64,000 nucleotides of DNA from a virus: the IMG/VR virus record IMGVR_UViG_3300044940_000489, positions 32,001-96,000 of that record; one strand, given 5' to 3'. The notes under the pieces were generated by a model. The model searched no databases. It was given only the letters and a program-made list of their open reading frames with translations, and was not told the origin of the DNA. Shown piece by piece: positions 17,503 to 27,400 of this stretch (its first letter is position 1; the number at the start of each line of letters is the position of its first letter). The translations under genes were made by a program, and so were the position numbers.

Positions 17503-18684
17503 CTACTCCTGGACTTTAGGTTGTCCTGAAAAGGTTCGCCATTGGCCTTCTTCGGTCTTCTGCCTGGCTTTTCCAGGTGCATACTGCCTGATAGAGCCGG
17601 GTGCATAGTGGGGGAGCGGATGAGTGACGCGCTTATCCTGATGCGTTCTTACTGGATGCACCTTCTCATTTTGAAGATGGTGCTCAATCTCCGCTTGACC
17701 CATATGCGATTCTACGTTTTCGCCAGTCTGCTTTTGCAGCATGCCGGAAAGTATTTTAACTAGCGCGGCAAGTGCCGGGCCCACATTGGGATTCTTAAGG
17801 TGCATGTCCTTAAATTTATCCTTGTTCATATGAACAAGCTTCAGCGCCTCTATTGCTTTCTGCTGTAATCCCTGAGGCACTTTAGCTTTTTGCAAAGCTG
17901 AAGCTTCCTCATCTGGATTGCCAGTACTAGACCGGTCATAGCTAGATTTAGCAATGACATCATTATTATCAGACTGGATTCCTTCATGGCTGTCCTCTTT
18001 ATTTTGCCGTATAGCTCTTAAAATGGCTTTTTCTTTTTCATTAATATATTTTTTCTTATGATCTTCTAAAGTTTTGTTAATATCTGATACAACTCTATCG
18101 GACGCTTTTTCTTCGCTGGCCTTGCTAGCTTCGATCATTTCTGCGATAGAAGATATAATCCCAGCTATACCGGCGTAGGCCTCTGGAGAAGTTTCTTTAA
18201 TCTCTTCAATTGCGTCTTTGTTCTGCTGAATAGAGGAAAGGATTTCCGCAATCTGAGCTTTTTCTTGAGCGCTAAGGTTCATGTCCTCTGACTTAAGCAT
18301 CTCATCTTCTTCTGAAACTGCTACGGTCTGCTCGCCAGTTCGGATATCCGGAGTGTACACTTTTATGGCTTTTTTCTGATCTACTGCTACGGATAAAGCT
18401 TTGGAAGCCTCTAGCGTATCTTCGCCAACGCCAATATGAGCTATTAGCCTATATTTATCTGTTAAGATATCAGATATATCTCGCAAGACCTCAGCCTTAT
18501 CGTATGGAAGCTCAGCAGCAACGTCGCCCTTAATAGTAGTGACAATTTGTCCGCCAGCTTGTGAGATGAGGGCGTGAATAGTTCTGGCTGCCGACTCATG
18601 AACTTTAGCTACTTCTTTTAGGTCTTCGGCGTCGTGGTAAAGTTTACCATCGTCAAATCTAATTAGGGCTATAATGTTACTCAT
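17503..18684 (-). CDS. putative head protein with a degenerate N-terminal mCpol/GGDEF-like domain
   Basis: IRFDDG, GGQIVTTIKGD and HIGVGEDTLEASKAL fit the mCpol/palm pattern; followed by MLKSE, IAKSS and LQKA linkers. Confidence 0.5.
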   Translation of the reverse strand: MSNIIALIRFDDGKLYHDAEDLKEVAKVHESAARTIHALISQAGGQIVTTIKGDVAAELPYDKAEVLRDISDILTDKYRLIAHIGVGEDTLEASKALSVAVDQKKAIKVYTPDIRTGEQTVAVSEEDEMLKSEDMNLSAQEKAQIAEILSSIQQNKDAIEEIKETSPEAYAGIAGIISSIAEMIEASKASEEKASDRVVSDINKTLEDHKKKYINEKEKAILRAIRQNKEDSHEGIQSDNNDVIAKSSYDRSSTGNPDEEASALQKAKVPQGLQQKAIEALKLVHMNKDKFKDMHLKNPNVGPALAALVKILSGMLQKQTGENVESHMGQAEIEHHLQNEKVHPVRTHQDKRVTHPLPHYAPGSIRQYAPGKARQKTEEGQWRTFSGQPKVQE

Positions 18685-19780
18685 GGCCCCTCGCTTTTTT
18701 TAGTGACTGGTAGAAGGCGAGGATTGTAGCCTTGTCCCAGTCAGATTCAAAATGAATTTGATAGCTTCCGTCTTCGGACTTAGATACTTTTGGTTTTGAT
18801 AGTGCCTTAAAACACAAGCAATGCGACACTGCATGGCCGCAATCTGAGCACGAACCATTCATTTCGCTCTTACTGACTTTAAGGTAAGGATTTTTTACTG
18901 ACGTTACTGGTTTTTTATTGAGATCGCTATGGGCAGTTTTATCCCCATGAATTCCGGCTCTTGTGATTCCTTGACTGCCGCCCACTTTAGTTCCCGCTCC
19001 AGGAGGAGACGGCATCTTGGGCATTTGACCGGCTTTTTTAAGGACCTTCTTTACTGTTTCAGGAAGTCCTTTGTCTTTAGACGCTTTGTCTTTAGACGCT
19101 TTGTCTTTAGACGCCTTGTCCCATTCGACCACTGCATCTTTGCTGACAAGAGATTGTTTTCGTGCCGAAGTACGGGTCCATGTTTTTTTCTCTTTGGATT
19201 TGTGGGATTTTTTAAGCTCTTGTTGTGGTGCCGTTTGTACAATCACTTGGGGCTTGCTATTGGCAGCCAGTAAGAATAGCTGGTCGATTTTTTTATTAAG
19301 TTCATCTATCTGAGCTTGCAAATCTTTTGGCAAATCCGACTTAACCTTGGATTGCTCTTTGGGCTGCTCTATTTTTGATGCTTCTTCCGAATCTGCTGAT
19401 AGGGGCGATTCGTCATAAAGCTCAAAAGTACTTAGCAAGTGGGCTGACAATTGTGGTATTGAGCACTGAGAAAACTCGTGAACAATCTTGCCATCTCGAA
19501 CGATATGACCTTTGTATTGATCGGCCTCAAGTTTATTGACAAGGATCATGGCGCCTTCATCAAAAGGCAGCTTTATTTCCTTGGGCTCGCCAACTTTCAT
19601 GTCTCGCACTTCCTTCATTAGAAATGCAACGACAGACTTTGGGGCCATCTGGAGAGCATCGTGGGCTTCAGTAATGTCTACTACTGTTTTGGAATTTAGT
19701 TTTTGAATGGCCTTGCGAAGAGCCTGGTAGGCCTCTTCGCCCAAAACGGCTTTAATGAGTTTTGCCTGCTTGGGTGCCAT
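18677..19780 (-). CDS. putative internal head protein with a C-terminal zinc finger
   Basis: Many LKK[SA]/SKSE motifs, a DKASK x3 repeat and CSDC...CLC. Confidence 0.55.
   Translation of the reverse strand: MAPKQAKLIKAVLGEEAYQALRKAIQKLNSKTVVDITEAHDALQMAPKSVVAFLMKEVRDMKVGEPKEIKLPFDEGAMILVNKLEADQYKGHIVRDGKIVHEFSQCSIPQLSAHLLSTFELYDESPLSADSEEASKIEQPKEQSKVKSDLPKDLQAQIDELNKKIDQLFLLAANSKPQVIVQTAPQQELKKSHKSKEKKTWTRTSARKQSLVSKDAVVEWDKASKDKASKDKASKDKGLPETVKKVLKKAGQMPKMPSPPGAGTKVGGSQGITRAGIHGDKTAHSDLNKKPVTSVKNPYLKVSKSEMNGSCSDCGHAVSHCLCFKALSKPKVSKSEDGSYQIHFESDWDKATILAFYQSLKKARGHE
19071..19120. repeat. 15-bp tandem repeat x3 (encodes DKASK)
   Basis: TTGTCTTTAGACGC(T/C) repeated. Confidence 0.9.
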
Positions 19781-19789
19781 ATTGGAATA

Positions 19790-20185
19790 TTAACCTTGGT
19801 TGTCGTCGATATTAAGTCGCGTATCGTCTTGAACTAGATAGCATGCCAGAGTCGCTGCATTCCCAATGATGTTCATCTTGGTGCCAGTATTCAAGTATAT
19901 GTACGAATTTGGCGGAACCGCAATGCCATCACTAATGCCGGTAGGGGCAGATTGGGATTCGCCTGGGGCGAATGTACGAACAAATCCAACTGTACCTGAG
20001 TTGTTATAGATCCAAAGAGAGGCTCCGATGCCTACTGACCTGACCACGTTTAGGGCTCCGATAATGGTCAGTGCGGGGCCAACCGGAATATGCTTTTTGC
20101 CGCCTGCCAAAACATTATGCTCAACGGAAGTGATCGCACCTTGATCTAGAGCGCTTCTGTTGATATTACTTCTTTTTACTGCCAT
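19790..20185 (-). CDS. putative virion structural protein
   Basis: 131 aa, beta-rich; first gene after a late-promoter motif; RBS AGAGGG. Confidence 0.6.
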   Translation of the reverse strand: MAVKRSNINRSALDQGAITSVEHNVLAGGKKHIPVGPALTIIGALNVVRSVGIGASLWIYNNSGTVGFVRTFAPGESQSAPTGISDGIAVPPNSYIYLNTGTKMNIIGNAATLACYLVQDDTRLNIDDNQG

Positions 20186-20214
20186 TTGCTAACCCTCTTA
20201 AATTACTATCTAAA

Positions 20215-20239
20215 ATTAAGTTTTAGACTTAACTATTTG
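20215..20239 (-). promoter_or_regulatory. putative late promoter
   Basis: CAAATAG-TTA-N7-AACTTAAT upstream of ATG 20185. Confidence 0.7.
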
Positions 20240-20251
20240 ATTTTATTAGAT

Positions 20252-21184
20252 TTATCTGGGCCCTACGTTGCCGCCATCATCCTCTGTATCTAGCTGTGCA
20301 TCTATCTCATTGGATTCAGGGGTCCTTCTGTCCAGGAATACAAAATCTGCCACGATTGCCACTGAGGTAGGGCCTGGGGTGTACTTTATCTCTCCGTCCG
20401 GCTTAACTTCTAGGCCGTTGACTAGATCGCCTTGCTCATTAAACGTAGGGGTGATTCTTATGTCATGCGCGAGTTGTCGTACATAGAATGTCGGCTTGTA
20501 CTTGTAGCGAACTGCGATTACCCTGCTCTTGCCTGTCGCGGGGTCTATGCCTGGGCGGTTTGCCGTGCCGGTATCTATCCAGCGTAGGTAGCCTTTTTCT
20601 AGCTTGTAATCTTTGCCCTGAACATATTCCTGGCCCCTACTATCTACTACATGTTCAATTTCGCATGCTGGGAATTGTAGCCTATTAATCCCGGTGGGGT
20701 TAGCTAAAGTCTTTTCCCAGTTGACGCTAAAGAATTCGGAGCCCGATATGCATGGTATAAGTTTATCGAATTCTGCGAATGATGCATACTTATTGGTGCC
20801 CCGGTAGTACCGGTTAAACGTAACAAAAGCGCCAGACTCAGAATATAGGCCGGAAGCAATTTCCCTGAAACTTTTATTATTTCCCTGAAAAATGCCCCAT
20901 ACTTGACCTGCGTACTTATACAGAAAACCATTCTCAATGAAATCAAAATTCTTTGAGTTCACAAATTCGTTAGAATCTTCCTCATGGAAAGTTCTTCTAA
21001 GGTCGCCAATATTGGCTTCATGTATGACATTGGGAATGGCGACATAGTGATTAAAAACTATGCCTAACCCAGATATAAAGTTATTGGTAGCGTCATTATT
21101 AGGTATAACCGCATCCCATGGACTATTATAGTCCATAAGAATATTAACGTGGGTATCTGGTTTTCTATCAGAAGTTTTTGACAT
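20252..21184 (-). CDS. putative head-tail adaptor / neck protein
   Basis: 310 aa; YVQGKDY...LRW...VRYKYKPTFYV resembles myovirus neck proteins. Confidence 0.5.
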   Translation of the reverse strand: MSKTSDRKPDTHVNILMDYNSPWDAVIPNNDATNNFISGLGIVFNHYVAIPNVIHEANIGDLRRTFHEEDSNEFVNSKNFDFIENGFLYKYAGQVWGIFQGNNKSFREIASGLYSESGAFVTFNRYYRGTNKYASFAEFDKLIPCISGSEFFSVNWEKTLANPTGINRLQFPACEIEHVVDSRGQEYVQGKDYKLEKGYLRWIDTGTANRPGIDPATGKSRVIAVRYKYKPTFYVRQLAHDIRITPTFNEQGDLVNGLEVKPDGEIKYTPGPTSVAIVADFVFLDRRTPESNEIDAQLDTEDDGGNVGPR

Positions 21185-21189
21185 ATGAC

Positions 21190-21837
21190 CTACTTAGTCC
21201 AGGCTTCTCCGATTCCAGAGATATTTGGAACTCTTTCATTGGGATTGTTTTTGGCGTAATTGCGTCTCCATGCTAGCTCTAAATTATATGAATCAATAGG
21301 TTTATAGGAAACATCCAGATCTTTGTGCTGGGCCATATTCTTAGAATGATGCTCCAGAGCTGACTTGTGATCCATTCCGGACATTTTATAATGTTTTAGT
21401 GCCTCATCCGCATGGTACAAAATCTTCATATTCTGGTTATGACGCTCTGCAAAATCATCAGGCGTTGGTTTTTGGGCTTCAATGCCAGCATGATGAGAAT
21501 GCCATTGTGCAAGCTTATAGTGATTTTCTGGAGTAGATAGGGACTCCCAATGCGCCATATGATCTTGACCGGAAGCTTTTTTAATCTTTTCGTACTCGGA
21601 CTGCGATTCCGATTTAAAAAGATTGCTGTGCCAGTTGATATTTTTTTCTACTTGCTCTGCCCTGAATCTTGCAATGCCGGGATGTGGCCCAGTACCCAAA
21701 ATCTTCAGATCCCCGCCGCGAGTTTTAGCGACAATCATTGACAGGCCACCCTTGGTGAGTACGTGCATGATCTCGCCTTTATCGCAATCGCCAATCTTTT
21801 CCATTTTTTCAATATCTTCTTTAGATAGTTTATACAT
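21190..21837 (-). CDS. putative internal head protein
   Basis: Start at MYKLSK with an AAGAGG RBS, overlapping the upstream stop; LFKSE and IKKAS linkers. Confidence 0.6.
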   Translation of the reverse strand: MYKLSKEDIEKMEKIGDCDKGEIMHVLTKGGLSMIVAKTRGGDLKILGTGPHPGIARFRAEQVEKNINWHSNLFKSESQSEYEKIKKASGQDHMAHWESLSTPENHYKLAQWHSHHAGIEAQKPTPDDFAERHNQNMKILYHADEALKHYKMSGMDHKSALEHHSKNMAQHKDLDVSYKPIDSYNLELAWRRNYAKNNPNERVPNISGIGEAWTK

Positions 21838-24409
21838 CTGATACCTCTTTTGCCAAATTAGGCCCCTCAGTCCACAACATATCAATTATGTCGTCTGGAT
21901 TTGGAGAAACATTGATTAACTTTGTAACTAATAGCCATCTCGCTATTACTGGTTTTGGATCTAAATTATATTTTTCTAGTATAGTGGCCAATTGCTTCGG
22001 ATCTACGTTATTTAAAAAAGCTCTAATATTGTCCTTGGCCTTTTGTGATGTGGTCCTTGGCATTCTATCATATTTCTGTTCGGTACTCATCTTGTCTTTT
22101 ATTCTGCCGACCCTGAGGAAGTACGGAATAAATATATTTTCGTCTTCCTTGGGATTAAAATCCATTCCGGCAAATGCCGAACCATGATCTATAAGCTTGA
22201 TGGTTTTGCCATCGGTTAATATATTTTGTCCATGAGCATCGGCTTCACCAAGTATATACAAAACTCCGGCAAGTTTATGGATATATCCAGACTCTAACAT
22301 TGGAGCCAGAGTTCTCAGGAGCTTGTGCTTATCTTGAGAGTATACTTCCGAAGCTGGCTTAAATTGCTCGGGATACATTTTAATAGCTACAGCTGGAACT
22401 TCTTGTTTATTTTCTGTTAAAAGTTTTCCATAAACTGCTTTTGGGGTATAATTCTCAAGCCCAAAAATATCTTTGGCGACTTCATAGAATGCGGCCTCTT
22501 TTGCCACTTGGCTTCCAGAAAGAGATTCTACGGCAGGTCTATTCGGAACATCTACCTTTACAAGCCAAGAATTTTCTGGATCATATCCAACCACAAAAGA
22601 CTGATGTGTAAAATGACCCAGATTTTTTAGGCTATGGGTATGGCCGGCGCGCATTAATTCACTTATTTGTTTGGATATGTCAGAGTCTTTTTCAAAAGTT
22701 GATCTGAATTCTTCAAATTTTTGCCCGTTTTCTGACTTATTAAGTTTAGTATCTGAAGCCGTGCTTCTTGGATTTTCCAAAGCCAGCATTTTTCGATATT
22801 TATTAAACTTCTGGACATAAGGATGTGCCGCTATATCTTCCGGATGTTTTCCAAGAGTACCCGTAATTCCATTCAACCAAGCATGAGCCATGGCATTCTT
22901 GTCGCCATCAAATCTTCTCTCTAGCCTGTTCCAATGGGTGTTGGCTAATTCTCTTTCTAGATTGGGATTTGAAAGAACCAATTTATGTATTTTATCATGG
23001 TCATTAACATGATGCAGATTTTTAAACTCAGGATATTTTTCTCTTAGGGCAGGGCTTTTATTAATAATCTCAAGAGCCTGTAAAGGCATTATTCCAAATC
23101 GCCCAATAGCCTTAGTGCCGCGATTCAGGCCCGATGTAACAAGCGGGTGCTCTAATTTTTTGCCGCCCGAGCTTTCAATTTGCTTGATGGCATAAAGATC
23201 AGGGTGTAAGCTTACTTGCTCAACTGGCTTAATAATCTTGATACTATCTTTGGGGTTAATTGCGACTGTGGGTGCGGGAGCCATCGACTGCAGTGGGACG
23301 CCTAAATTGGCAGCGACGGCGCCTGCGGTAATCCATTTTTTAATGGCGCCCTTCTGCAGTTCTTCGTACGGTATGTCGTACTCATTTGCAGCAAGCTTCT
23401 TGCTTACCCCCCTAATATTCCCGGGTTTAGCTGGTGCCGCCATATTAGAGGGATCTTTAAATGAAATGTGCTGTGGTTTAACAGAGATTTTAGGATCTTT
23501 ATGTGCAAAAACGAGCTCTTTTTCTTCTGGGTGTGCACTTTTTTGGCCGTGAACAACAGAGTGCGTTCCAGAGTGCAAGATGTCTTTGACTGGCATCCAT
23601 CTACTAATTACTATGCCATGCCCTGCTTCTTGACCGGGAATCTTGTCTCCCCTCTCATGAGCAAACCGATTGGCCATATCCCAATCGCTTGTCCAGGACG
23701 ATAGCGGCGCTACAGGAATCTTGAGATGCTTATTATCGACTTCATTAGAAATATGATCGTGAGCCAAAGCATTTTTTATGTGTTTTGCATAATTGCCGCC
23801 AACCCCACGATGAACTAGTACATGAGGCTCTCCACCGATATTCTTTTTTTTCAGAAAATCGTCATTCATTACGTGGCGCTGGACTTCTTGGGCATAAGCT
23901 TTTAAATGCGGCAGAATATGGGACTCAGATTCTCCTGTATTGCCGCGATGATCTTTAATAGATTCATGGGCTCCTGTCAGCATTGACTTAACAGTGGCGA
24001 AATGCTTGGGGTCTACGGCCTTTTCATATCCATTCCACCAATCTGCGGCCTGCTTAAGTGGCTCATACTGCTCTGTATATTTAAAGTTGGGATGCCCCAT
24101 AAACTTTTCTTGCTCATAATGAGAATCTCTAGATGCATACGCCAATCTATTTAAGGTTTCTGCACTTAGATTTTCAGGCAAATTACTAGCAAGCTCAAAA
24201 AGAAACCCGGTTCCCAAATCTGGCTTACGCTCAATCCTATTTAATACCATGTTAATTGCGTATTCAGGCATTTCTCCCGAGGACGGCAGCCTTTGAAGGG
24301 CATCCCAGTTAGTTGGCAGGCGTAATGCAGTGTTTATGGCACTATCCCAATCGCCGTTTTCAATATGCTGATACATTTGTTTTTCTAAGTCTCTATACAT
24401 TAGGCCCAC
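21830..24409 (-). CDS. polyvalent protein: ADP-ribosyltransferase-like, lysozyme/SLT-like and PI3/4K-HipA-like kinase domains
   Basis: ART: VHRG..SSWT..EKE; SLT: AIKQIESSGG..AIGRFGIMP; kinase: KEAAFY..DAHGQN..IDHG; domains separated by LQKG and LNKSE. Confidence 0.75.
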   Translation of the reverse strand: MGLMYRDLEKQMYQHIENGDWDSAINTALRLPTNWDALQRLPSSGEMPEYAINMVLNRIERKPDLGTGFLFELASNLPENLSAETLNRLAYASRDSHYEQEKFMGHPNFKYTEQYEPLKQAADWWNGYEKAVDPKHFATVKSMLTGAHESIKDHRGNTGESESHILPHLKAYAQEVQRHVMNDDFLKKKNIGGEPHVLVHRGVGGNYAKHIKNALAHDHISNEVDNKHLKIPVAPLSSWTSDWDMANRFAHERGDKIPGQEAGHGIVISRWMPVKDILHSGTHSVVHGQKSAHPEEKELVFAHKDPKISVKPQHISFKDPSNMAAPAKPGNIRGVSKKLAANEYDIPYEELQKGAIKKWITAGAVAANLGVPLQSMAPAPTVAINPKDSIKIIKPVEQVSLHPDLYAIKQIESSGGKKLEHPLVTSGLNRGTKAIGRFGIMPLQALEIINKSPALREKYPEFKNLHHVNDHDKIHKLVLSNPNLERELANTHWNRLERRFDGDKNAMAHAWLNGITGTLGKHPEDIAAHPYVQKFNKYRKMLALENPRSTASDTKLNKSENGQKFEEFRSTFEKDSDISKQISELMRAGHTHSLKNLGHFTHQSFVVGYDPENSWLVKVDVPNRPAVESLSGSQVAKEAAFYEVAKDIFGLENYTPKAVYGKLLTENKQEVPAVAIKMYPEQFKPASEVYSQDKHKLLRTLAPMLESGYIHKLAGVLYILGEADAHGQNILTDGKTIKLIDHGSAFAGMDFNPKEDENIFIPYFLRVGRIKDKMSTEQKYDRMPRTTSQKAKDNIRAFLNNVDPKQLATILEKYNLDPKPVIARWLLVTKLINVSPNPDDIIDMLWTEGPNLAKEVSDV

Positions 24410-27400
24410 CTGTGGGTAGAGTACTTAATTATATCATTCCATGGCATATCTATGTCAACATTTTCTACATTTTCTAGTAGATTTTTAAGCTTTTCAATTT
24501 GATCTGGGTCCAATTTTTCTTTCTTTTTGAGAGTATCTGACCAAGTTGATTTGCCCTTAAGATATGGGTTGTGCTGCGTTTCAAGTTCGCCGTATTTAGA
24601 GGGCTTATAGCCCATCTTTTTAGGGTGCTGATTATAAGTAAATTGCATATGGGCTGGCACTGGCATAGGGAAGGATATTGGGTAAGATTCAATTTCAGAT
24701 TCACTCAGTAGGGGCCGCTGCTGTCTTATAATTTCTTTTGACTTGGCTTCCCAGTTTTCTGGAGTCATGCCCTGCTGCTTAATCCAGTTTTTGGCGTGGT
24801 TGACCGTTGCCGGGGGAAGTCTATCGCCAACAGATAGATCATTATTGATTATTTTTCCAATGTCCTGTAAATTGATGTACCCGGAACTTGACATTCCTGA
24901 CAGATCAGCTTTTTCTTTACTGTCCCAAATGTGAACCTTACTGCCAACTCGATTATTGTCTCTTAAGTGCTGCAGGAACGCCTCATGGAGTATTTCATTT
25001 GGATGCTTGTTATTAAAAAGTATCTCATTTATTTTATTATAATGCTCTTCTGGCCACTTGGCATGCGCGTTTGCGTAAGCTTGCTCGGCCTGCTGTTGGT
25101 TAATTTGGCCTGAGCTTAATGCGTCCTTTATCTGCTTTTGTGCCTGCTTGATAAATGACTGACCAAAATCAGACTGAATTTCATCTATATGTGTATTGCC
25201 TTGTTGATCTTGAGTATAGCGAACCCATCCAATAGTATTATCAAGAACTGGATGTTTTGAGCGCTTCGATGCCTCTTGCATGTTCTTAAAAGTTCCCCAA
25301 ACTCCCGACTCTTTCATCTTGTCTGCATGTTCTTTTGTGAAGTTTAACTGAAATACCTCAGATGGCTCATATGTATGGCGCTGCTCTTCCAGGGCATTCT
25401 CATATGCCTGCTCGTGCGTTACACCGTAATCGCCAGAATCGAAGTTGTCCATATGGCGATCTTTGGCCGATTGAACTTCGCGCTCATAAGAATCTTTATC
25501 TAGATACTTGTCGTCCTTCTCTGCCAAATAATCGTAATCATCTAAATTGAAGCCGTCTTCCCAGTCTCGTCTGGCATCGTCTAGCGCCTGTTCATATTCT
25601 TCATGAGAGTCGAAGTCAGTCTCGTCAAAATCCGGCTTAAATTGTTTATTATGATATTTTTTGATTTTACCATAATCAAGAAAATCACTCTTGTGTACGC
25701 CATAATCTTCTGGATTAAAAGCTTCTAAGTGATCTGACAGCATATCCTCAAGGTATCGAGGGCTATCTTCTGAGCCATAGCTCGTTTTACTAAAACCAAA
25801 TTTCATCTTGGGCTGAGCGTCTATGTGCCTCTGAATGTCTTCGTGATGAATATGTCCGGTGCCATCCAATAGATGCGATATTCCTAGGGCTTGCGGGGAG
25901 TGTCCGGCCAGCTCCAGATCTTTTTTGTGCATTTTCCCCTCGGAACCATTATTTATAATGTGGTCTCTTGCTGACCTAAGTTTATTAGTTCCTAAGGCAA
26001 ATTCAACTTGGTTTGGATCTGTATATATTCCTCTTTCTCTTAGTTTCTTGGACAAGTGCGTCCTATAATGTGGGCTTACTTGGCGATGAGCAAGCATCAG
26101 CTGATCCTCAGTTGTTTTGGGATTGTTGCCAAGCTTAAGCCAAAACGAATCGTCTTTATAGGGATGTTTTCGGGCCAAAACAGTATTAATTGCCTTTTCA
26201 ATATGTCTAGGCTCGGCATTAGGGTGATTAATAGCGTAATTGTTTGCTCTAGTGTCGCCGTGCGAAGCCAGCCAGTTGAGCTGCCAATCATCAAGATTTG
26301 CATCCTCATGCACGGGAACGCTTGAGGGTAGGGCTCCAGAGCTGGAGCTGAGTGCCTTCTGTACTTTGGCTATCCATGCAGCACGGTCCCTATCGATCGC
26401 TGGCTTTATGTGCCTGCTATGTTCTGCATTGGGGTGTATATGTATGCTTTTTCTAATATCTTCATCTGAGTGAGAAGCAATGACATCTAGTACTTCTGGA
26501 GAATACTTGCCTCGATACGTTGGATTGTCTAGAAGATCATGTAGCCTTGCTTGAGCCTCATCTTTTTCCCAGGAAAATTCTAAATTTTTAAGCGGCTCTA
26601 ATTTTTGATAAAGATCATTTAATTTACTCTCAAATAATTCTGGATCTTGAAATGTTCTGGCTGAGTGCTCTGGCATCGGCCATCCGTTACGGACCCTTGT
26701 TGCGGCTTCGTCTTTTATTAAGTCCTCAGTCTTATAGAGGTACGCCCTTAGCTTTTTAACATCTGAAGCCATAGCCCTATTGGGATCTGGGCTACCCATA
26801 GGTTTAATAGACAGATTAACCGACGGTAATCCATTTAAGTTTTGCCAAGCCTTATGGGCGTTCTGAGATACCGCGTAGTCGCTTTCTAGTCTGCCGTGAT
26901 GCGCCAAAGCAGCTGCGTATGCGAGCTTACCGTGACCGTGCCCAGCATGTTGTGGATTTACGTGAGACTCTGTGACTATTGGTTCATTTGTGTATGGCTC
27001 GATACTAACTTGGACTCTCGCCATATGAGTATCGTGTGGATGCTTAGAATCCGAAACAGCGTGATAAAAAATAGGAGATTTTTCTGGGCCATAATGTCCA
27101 GCAAAAGTATGATGATACAATCCGTTTTTAAGCTGCTTTGAGGACACGTGTTTATACGATTTAGGTATATCGTGCCAGCCGTCAAAGGACTCTAAGTTAG
27201 TGTTCTCAACCGGTGCCTTTTGTAGCTTCTCAAACTCCATATCAAAGTCTGCATCGTCAATTGACTTTTTAAGCTTAGGGGGGCTTAGGTCAATCTGATG
27301 TCCGTGATTCTCAGATGCAGGGGCCTCTTTTAGCGCAGAATCGTGGCCATAAACGGGCATGCCATAGCCTTCGTTCATAATTTCCTTGGCAGACATGCGA

